Program-made: the position numbers and the translations under genes
Part shown: piece by piece, positions 43,503 to 51,969 of the stretch
Layout: each line of letters starts with the position of its first letter
How positions within the stretch are numbered: the stretch's first letter is position 1
Notes under the pieces: generated by a model
Database searches by the model: none
Told to the model about the DNA's origin: nothing
Seen by the model: only the letters and a program-made list of their open reading frames with translations
Assembly: GCA_003614675.1 (NCBI GenBank)
Contig: ML002271.1
Span: 1 to 51,969 of the forward strand
Reading direction: 5' to 3'
From: Dimargaris cristalligena
Lineage: Eukaryota
DNA: 51,969 nucleotides

Positions 43503-46500
43503 CTACGGAAACGGACTCTCGCACTTATTATGATTAGTCCGCCGCACCTGAACAATTGAGATTAACTCCTTGATGAATTCCTCCAGGATAAGTACGTTTT
43601 CGCACAGTGAGGAATACACCACTTTGGTTTTTTTGGACTGGTCCAGTACTCGGTTAAGCGGGTCCTTAGCCGTCGGCCCAGTGCCGAGGTCGGAATGGTA
43701 CGGAAGTCCAGGACGCATGGATGACGTGGATGAGGACACGGACGAACGACGGAGGGAGCCGCCCCCACCGAGCTGACTGGTCGAACTGGCCATGCCCGAG
43801 ACTGCAGTCGGAGTGGGGGATTTAAGCGGATCCATCCGGGGGGATAGTAGGTTAGGGTTCGATCCCATTGCCCCGGGGCCGCGTGGCGATTTAATGGGCG
43901 ATTTATCGAGCCAGGCCAGAAGGGAGGTAGGGGTGGGGGTGGTGGGAACCACATCGCCACTAGCAGTAGGATCCTCACCCGGGTATGGGGAGGACAGTAG
44001 CAAGGTACCCCGGGTCCGAACCAGACGTTCTTCGAAATCGGTCATCCCCTCGCGAAACTCAGTGACCCGCTGGGCCAATGAATGTAGTAGGGCAAATATA
44101 CTAGGCTGGGCCGTCAGACCCGGGCGGGTCGCCCAGTTGGTATCTTTACCCGCGGGACCCGCCCCCGGCACACCCACCAATTTCGGCAAACTGCCGGAAG
44201 TAGCGCCGGCGGTGCCGGTAAGTGTCGCTGTACCAGAATTAGAGGCGGTCGGGGGCATATCAAACACGAATAGCCCGTCCAATTCCCGGTACCCGCACGA
44301 GGCCAGAGCCGCCACCACACCGGTCAGCGCCAAATTAATATCCACGGAGTGCGAGAAAAACTGGGCTAGGAGATTAAATAGGGCCAAGATCAAGGGATCG
44401 GCCTGGTTAAGTCGGTAGGGCGAACAGCACGCTGAGGCCACCTGGCCCGTTCCGAACCCGAATATACCCAAAGGCGGCTGGCTCGGTGGGAGGGGGGTGC
44501 CAAGCTGCCGGGAGTACTTTCGACTCATGGGGGGGCGAGAACCGGCACCTAGGCCATTGACGTTGGGGTTATTCGGATCCTCATTATTCGTATTGGATAA
44601 AAAGGTATTGGCTCGTCCGAGTTGGATCACATTATCGGCGGCACTGTGATAGTCCTGGTGGGTAGTCCACGCGGCCTCGGTATCGGTTAGGTAGCTGCCG
44701 TACCCAAAGACAGGGGTAGCGGTACCGGTACCGTCAATTAAGCCGAGAAGGTAGGAGTAGGCCTCCATATCCCGACGGTGCCGCTGGATGGGGGATAGGC
44801 CATGCGAGGGGAGGGAGGACCAGGGCGTAGAAGATGGATCACGTTGGGAAAGCGGGGGTAGGGTGTCCATTAGCTGGTTCGTGTAAAGGCAGTGGTGGGT
44901 CAGGATCGTAGTCCACAGCTTAAGGGCGGCGATGATGGTCGGGCGGGAGGTGGACTGCAGATTAGTGCAAATGAGATCCTTTAGATTAAAGGCTACTGTG
45001 GGGGTTTTGGGGGGGATTGTAGCGTGTAGGGGGCTATTAGGATGGCTGACTTCGGGCAGGTAGTGGTAAAGCGGGGCATCGTCGTCGGGGTCGTCCGAAC
45101 CAAGTAAAAACCGCATGATGGTGTCGACCAGTTCGCCGGGTTTGAGGGTTACCAGCAGGAGTTCAATGTACGACATGACCGCTACCGCGGTTCCGTCAGT
45201 GTCCGAGCTCTCCATAATCGATGGATACAGTACTGTTTCCAGGAAGTGGGTCTGGAAACTAAGGGCCAGGCCTCGGTGGACGGTGGGGTTGGGGCAGCGG
45301 TACAGGATTTCCTGGTAAAATTCGGCCAGTTTAAGGAAAGATACCATGACCTCATGGAATTCGGGGGAGGTCGAAGACTCCATAGCATCCGTTAGATTGG
45401 TGTCAACGGGGGGCTCCTCGGACACGGAAGAACGGCCAGCTAGGGTAGTAGGGTCCCTCGGGGCGCCTGTTGGCGAACCCTCGCCGCCTGGCATATCGAC
45501 CGACGTCGCCGCGGATAAGGCGGCGGCAGTGGCTACGGTAGGGACGGTTCCAATCAACGAACCAGGCAGGGGTGCCCCATCGCTAGTGGGGCTCGATAGA
45601 TTCTCCTCAAAGGTAACCAGCAGGCGGCGGGGAAGCTGAGAGTAGAGGGCACCCATGCTAGCGGATAATATCGTGCACAAATCACTGGAATGCAGAATAA
45701 AATGGCTCAACTCCTTATCGTCGGTAAGTTCGATAAGGAAGGACAGACCCGTCCGCGCGAAATCGCCGGTCTTGCCCTCCTTGTGCACAAACTGGAGCAG
45801 GTAGGTGAACAGGAGGAATTCGTACTCCTTATCCCGGGGGCCCGGGGACAGCACTGAAGCAGCCCCTGGAGAGCGGCTGGTCAATAGCGGGGAAGGGATT
45901 GACCGGGAGGGAGGTGTGGTAGAGAGTACCTCGCGGGTAGGATTGGCCAAGGTCGATTCGGTGGTCGACACTGGGCTCGGAGTGCCCCGGTCGGAGTAGG
46001 TATGGTTGGGCTGCAGCCAGCTCCGATCCAGGAAAAAAATATGAAGAATCTCGGGAAATTCATGGATCTTGGAGCAAAGTAAATAAGTTAGGTCGACCAG
46101 ATCATCTTGGTACTTCACACTGTGCTGGGGATTAGATACTGAAGACCGAAGTAGATTAAGCAGAGGGGTGTGGACATTCTTGTGCACTAAAAAGCGCATA
46201 TCCAGCAGTTCGACCAGACTGGATATGGTACGGATAACTTCGCCCAGAAGCCCCGAGGGGCAGTCGGCCTCGGACAGATTCACCAGGGATGCCAGCACGT
46301 TGTTACGTAAGAAAAACTCGAGACAGATGCCCGTGTAATTATCGCCGGCCTCCGGCTGATGTTCCTCCTCCACCAAAATATCCACCATGATTTTGAGGTT
46401 CTGGGGGATAATGGTATGGGACACCTTGGCATCGACTCGTTTGTCCTGGAGGAAATAGGTCTTCTGTAGTTCCGGGATATAGTGGAAGGCATAATGTGAA

Positions 46501-46754
46501 GGTGGCGGGCATGGGAATCGATTAGGGGTATATTGCGGCGTGGGGAGTCATCGGAGGGAGTAAAGAAATGCGTTATACGGCCCACCAGATTTGAAGGGAG
46601 ACGGTTAGGGCCAGGAGATGAACCCAGGAACTGCGGCTTGACTTACATGGCAGTAGTTCCAGGCCTTCTCGAACTTAGCCAGTTGCATAGCACTGGTGGG
46701 CTTGGCCTTTTTCGGCGTGCCCAATTTCTTGGTTAAGCGGGCAATGTAATCCAT
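43503..46754 (-). CDS. FHIP/FAM160 (RAI16-like) protein, Fts-Hook-FHIP dynein adaptor complex subunit
   Basis: Exon 1 46754-46647 (MDYIARLTKK...WNYCH, then gtaagt) is spliced to 46463. Motifs TGICLEFFLRNNVL, LCSKI...PEILHIFF, EFLLFTYLLQFVHKEGKTGDFARTGL, GALYSQLP, FFSHSVDINLALTGVV and NVLILEEFIKEL are typical of this family. Confidence 0.9.
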
Positions 46755-47825
46755 TTTTACGAATGAGCGGAAGGGGGGTGGAGTTGCAGGGGGAGGAGAA
46801 GGGGTGTGCTAAATATTCCTCTAAGAAATAGTGGAAGCAGAATGAGGCCCGAGCCGGGCCGACAGGGGTTGGAAGGGGCGAAACAGATAAAAGAGATGTT
46901 GGAAGAATGAGCAGTGGATGAGCAATTGGGAAGGAGCAGAGAAATAGTTACATCTATACGTTGATTGGCAGTCCAAAGTGAAGCACTTGGGCCTGATTAG
47001 CCAAGTGGAAGTGCACCACCGTTACTAGAAGAAACAGAGCAAGTGGTTCAAGACAGTGCCATTCAGCGACCGGTAGAGTAGTATACCTGGCGAAATGGCA
47101 GAGGTCACAGGAATAGCTTAAATAATAATGTATCACGTCGGCTATTAAGCGTGGTCAAGTGGCCATGTTGGGAGTGTCTCAGTCTGGCTGTAACGGTCTA
47201 TTAGCGAGGAGGCAAGCGTTAAGTCAGCCGTCGATAGGTTCTTGGGAGCGCAGTGCATATCTGGTCCCACTCCTGCACAATGTCATGACAGTGTGGAATG
47301 CCTCAGAGCCGCTGTTGAGGCCACTGTACCCTTCTTATCCAAACATCCACTTAATGAATGTCTTTCTTATCAAGTACAGCCAGTTGGTACCCGTTTACCT
47401 ACTAGTATAATCCAGAACTAGTGAACAGCAACATTTTTTTGAAAAAGGAAACGGCCGGATCTGACTGGTCCAAGTGGGATCTATACCATACACCCTGCTA
47501 CTCCATTGCCTACATAACCAACTGATTATTTTACATGCTAAAGTGGTAGAAAACGGGTCTGGGTAGCAGGTATTTCCAACCACAGTTCTATGGGATGCCG
47601 AAATTTGGTTGAATTTATAACCCAAAGATGGTGAGTGTGAGTTCAATACATGATACTAAAACTAGGAATCGTGTAAATTATATTTAATAAATAGTTGGTA
47701 TACTAGTGACGTTGGGATTGCAGAATCGTGTTTAACATCGCACCTGGCACTGCGTGGTGTTTGGATGGTTGAACGGATGGGACACTATTGCTAAGAACGG
47801 GGTTTAAACTCCGCCTGGCGATACC

Positions 47826-50214
47826 TTAGGCCGATTTTTCAGCAGCTGGCAAATATTTGTAGGGATTCATGATACCGTGGGGGTCCATAAGCTGCTTAAA
47901 GCGCTGCATAGTTTGGATCATTGATGGCCCCTTGGAGTAGCAGAGATAGGGTGCCTTCATTAGACCCAACCCGTGTTCGGCTGAGATAGATCCCTTGTGG
48001 TTGGCTAATTGACCAGCGTCAAAGACAAGTAAGGGCATTGAATATCGATTATTGTGAATTAGTCAGCCTGTATCTTCCTAGAAGTTCCGATAAACGGAGT
48101 TGCATGTGGCGGAATGTGTAGCCGAATAGTATAGCCATTACGTGAATAATACTATAACACATAAAAATATCCTTCTCGGGCAACTGTACTTACCAATCCA
48201 CTCGTAAATGAATGGCTCGAGCGCCGAACTGACAGTCGGAGAATATTCCTTCGCAACAACGTTCAAGTGTAGGTTGCCTGTACAGTCATAGCAGATCGTC
48301 CAAAGGGGTTGATTAGATTGATTCACATTCACGAGGTTAATCCGTAAAATCGGAGCACTGAATATTGGTTTGTGATCCAAATAAGTTTGGTCGGACCAAT
48401 GGACCGTACGACATCGAAAAGCAGCTAATATGTCGAAGGCGATGCATCAACGTGACTGAGACAATAAAAGAATCGTAAGGTACTTACTGTCGCCCACGTG
48501 GCCGTATCCGGTGACTTCCTTGACTGCATAGTCTGCCGAACCCTCTTTATACAGTCCCATGTCGGTCAAACGCTGACGGGTGTCTAATACCAGGTTATAC
48601 AGCTGGGGCACGGGAATGGAGACGTCGTACTTGTAGGTGGGGCCAGTTTTCACCGTGGCCTCGGCGATGGTTTCACGGAGGTACCAGAACATCGTGATTT
48701 GGGAGGCGTTTTCGCTCAGAACCCCGTCAGTTACGAAGCCCTTTTCCATTACCATCTCCAGGAACTCGGAGAACTTTTCGTCGTCATGTTCCTTCTTGAA
48801 TCCGCTTGTTTCAATCAAAACATAGAACGGATACTCGTCCGCCAGCGGGTCTCGAGCATTAGTACCGGCGTGCGCCAGGACCATGTTCATGGACGAGCGA
48901 TCCCAAAATTCGAATGCTGTAAGGGATTCCCGTTAAATATTTTTATATATAAAACCAGCCCATAAAACAGATACGTATGTTAAACGTCGGTGCCAATAGT
49001 AGAAATGGTGGCTAATACATGTTCAACTGCCCTAATGTGATATTAGAGTACTGTTCTAGTAAACTTACCGGAGATGATTTCAGTGAGGTTTTGCTTGGCC
49101 GCGATAAAGGTCTTCTGTACGCTCTCATAAGAATCTACGCCCAATACCGCGACCGTTTGTACCTAGATTAGGGCATATCGAAAGGTGAAAAGGGTAGGTT
49201 CAAAGAAAAGGCGTGAGTAAGGAATGAGGATTCCTTCATGTATACCGGTTGATATCGGTTTTGCTCATAATGGGAGGACATAGATGTTCCTACCTTGGGA
49301 CGGGGTGGGGCGACAATAGAGACCCCAGTAACAATACCGAGGGTGCCCTCAGCGCCAATGAAAAGCTGTTTGATATCATAGCCGGTCGAGTCCTTACGTA
49401 AGGTGGATAAGTTCTCTAATACGGTACCATCGGGCAGTACCACCTCGAGACCAAGTACTGATCCGTGAAGTGAACCGTAGCGCAGGTAGCGGATACCACC
49501 GGCATTGGTGGAGATGTTGCCACCAATATGACAGCTGCCCTTAGCGCCTAGGTCCAAGGGCATGATGTGGTCCTGCTCGGCCACGTAGTTGTCTAGGCTT
49601 TCCAGAACACAGCCAGCGTCGCAGACTAACACCCCGGAAATGGGGTCAAAGCTGCGGATCTTATTCATATTGTTAAGGCTCAGGACAACCTCGTCAAAGA
49701 CAGGCACGCTGCCACCGACTAGGCCGGTGTTGCCACCCTGGGGGACGACCGCCAGACGCTGGGCGTGGCAGTATTGCAGGATTTGGCTGACCTGCTCGGT
49801 GGTTTTGGGACGAAGAATACAGCGACTCTGGCCCAAATACTTACCCATCCAATCACTATTGTAAGCGTGGAGTTCTTCCGCTTCGGTAGCCGGGGCGTCG
49901 GGGGTGGCCAAGGTGGATAGCACACTGCCGGGGGACAAAATTTTACGGAAATGGGATACGTCCTCGCTGGTAAGGGACTTGAAGCTGGGGTTCCGTTTGA
50001 GTTGGGGGTACTTTTCACTAGTCAGTGCAGGGCCCGCTTGGGAAGTGGTGGGGCGGAGCAGAGAAGGGGTGGAGGTAGTCAATGGGCGCCCCTGGACCGG
50101 GCGGATGAGGTGCATGTAGGTTGAAACAGTGGGACCCCGAGCATGAGAGCCCTGGAGCAGTCGGGCCGACGCGGGGCGAGGCGCGAAGAAACGCAGTAAT
50201 GTAGAACGAACCAT
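47826..50214 (-). CDS. DLD2: Mitochondrial D-2-hydroxyglutarate / D-lactate dehydrogenase (FAD-binding PCMH type), 5 exons
   Basis: Arg/Ser-rich presequence [21 protein letters not shown]. Motifs [90 protein letters not shown] and [10 protein letters not shown] across in-frame GT-AG exons. Confidence 0.95.
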
Positions 50215-51969
50215 GGTCGGACTGTCAGGGAATCGGGACCGTGAACTAAAGTGGATTTGAGAAAGGTAAAGGCTGTAAAAATTGGACACTACAAAGAGCT
50301 ATGCGAGTGTATATCGGGGAACACTCTAGGGTGGAATGGCAGCAAAAGTCAAAGCGGGAAAAAGGAGGAGTGGTTGCCGAAACATACTCTGAAATTCTTT
50401 GGAAATCCACAGACAATAAATATAGCAGTGAAGGACCCGTATTAAAAGGGTCTACTTCCCCCAAACCACCACCATCCGGCCTACTCGCTTGCGATTGGAT
50501 CAATGACGGTGCGGTGGGGGAAATGGCTGTTTCAGGAGTGGCAGACCTGGTTTCAAATAAATTCGGTTGGATCGGACTATAGTCCAGCCTGGCCTCATCA
50601 ACTAGTTCAAACAAACCGGGCAAATTAATAGGCCAGTGGCCAATTGGGTGGGGTACAGCTCCCTGGCCAAAGTCGCGGCAACTTGGCTGGCACTAGCATG
50701 CCAATGGGGAGAGTAATGGCTAGTAAAGCAACAATGGTATTATAATGAGTCACGTTGGCCACCGCCAAACCCCTAACAGTTAACGGGGCTAAATACCCCA
50801 CAGTTAGTGGACTAACCAGTATGTATTGATACAGCTTACCGGGGCCCCTGGCCAGACAGCCATTGTCCCTGTCCCACCGCCACCTAATACAGCGTGTTGG
50901 AAGTTTCGCTCAGCACTATTAAGAGCATGTTTATTTAAAAGGAAGTATTATTACTCAAATGTTGACAAAATGACCTGCTCATTTGCTCGTGTTTCTGGAG
51001 GTGGTTGCGCAGATGAGCCGGCAGTATACCTTTTAACTAGAACATATATTAATTGCGACCAGTCATCAATTAAGTCGACGAATGAAATATTCTTCAACAG
51101 ATATATAACAACCTGTTATTCAATTCGACAGTTGGTACACCAGAATATTCGAGATGGGTGGGCTATCCAAGAAACAATACCCATATGAATAGGGCCATAT
51201 ATTCCGGCCAGCCAGAAATTAAACAAACATTGCTCCATAGAATGCCGTGGAGGTGGGGTCTGTTGGAGAGGTATTCTAGATAGAATTCACAAGCTAATAA
51301 AATATATCAAAACAATAATAAGAGAGAAAAGCTGCAAAGAGATTCAGGAGAACCTCTTCACTTGATTTTATTGAGTAATGACTGAATAGTTGATAATAGA
51401 ATATAAAAAAAGTCAGGTGAGTAAGATAATTATAAATGTGACCCCAGTTATGAGGTGTTTATGTTCTAACAGGGCCAACCCCCTATTATCAGTACCCCGG
51501 TGAGGTGCCTAAATTAGATGAAACAGGGTGAAAGGCTAATTAGCACCTGAAGCCAAGGTGGTATTAGTGTTCTACAAGGGGGTCAAATGAGTCAGATAAC
51601 AATGTCTAGGAAGTAAGGTGCCAAAGTTGTCTATCCTTCCAAGAGGGGCAGACAAGGGTTTATTTATATTCAATGGTTAAGTGGGAAACAAAAGGAAAAT
51701 AGGAGGGAAAATGGTCCATTAGTCATCAGCAAGATGACTCAAGTATAAGATGGAAATGTGGACCAATTGGGCTTAGCCAAGTCATGGGAAAGGCTTGGCA
51801 AAGAGAAGGGAAAGAAAGAACAATGGATCATGGGAATCAATGATGACCCCATGATGAACATAGAAGAGGACAGAGGGAAAATCGGAAAAGGGGAATCCCA
51901 CCAGTGTGATGAGTACTGGGAATCATGGGACTAACATAGAAAGGAAGGGAAAGAGGGGAAAAGTGTAAT

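Noticed and set aside
16847..50214. Two metabolite-repair enzymes (NAD(P)HX epimerase and D2HG dehydrogenase) in one window as a possible cluster
   Set aside because: They are about 28 kb apart with unrelated genes between them; coincidence is most likely.
1..51969. Search for tRNA, rRNA, spliceosomal snRNA, TPP riboswitch, hammerhead ribozyme, SECIS/selenoprotein, CRISPR array and retroelement ORFs
   Set aside because: No convincing signature seen by eye; tRNAscan-SE, Infernal and RepeatMasker would be needed to exclude them formally.

Overview
Eukaryotic, intron-containing genomic DNA with GT-AG introns and CTRAC-type branch points. It is most consistent with an early-diverging fungus; a Zoopagomycota/Dimargaris-like mycoparasite is my inference, not shown. 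Splicing the exons by hand gave nine conserved genes: SEC20, RPL5/uL18, an Rxt3-domain Rpd3L subunit, NAD(P)HX epimerase (10 exons), RFC2/RFC4, U2AF large subunit, APC10/DOC1, an FHIP/FAM160 protein and a DLD2/D2HGDH-type dehydrogenase. Interleaved with them are a secreted class-3 lipase and lineage-specific, mostly intronless genes: two F-box/LRR-like proteins, a small ankyrin protein, a secreted orphan and a split coiled-coil tail-anchored ORF. A 7-exon orphan gene not resolved by the ORF track lies between U2AF and APC10. The best leads are (i) a structured RPL5 intron containing a 5S rRNA helix III/loop C-like motif (possible 5S-mimic autoregulation), (ii) multiple EEGEI-type (ARS2-binding-like) motifs in the Rxt3 protein, (iii) the hidden 7-exon gene, (iv) a MITE-like inverted repeat upstream of the secreted orphan, and (v) an intergenic three-way-junction RNA-like fold. 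I recognised no tRNA, rRNA, CRISPR array or intact transposase. All calls come from reading the sequence by eye; no searches were run.
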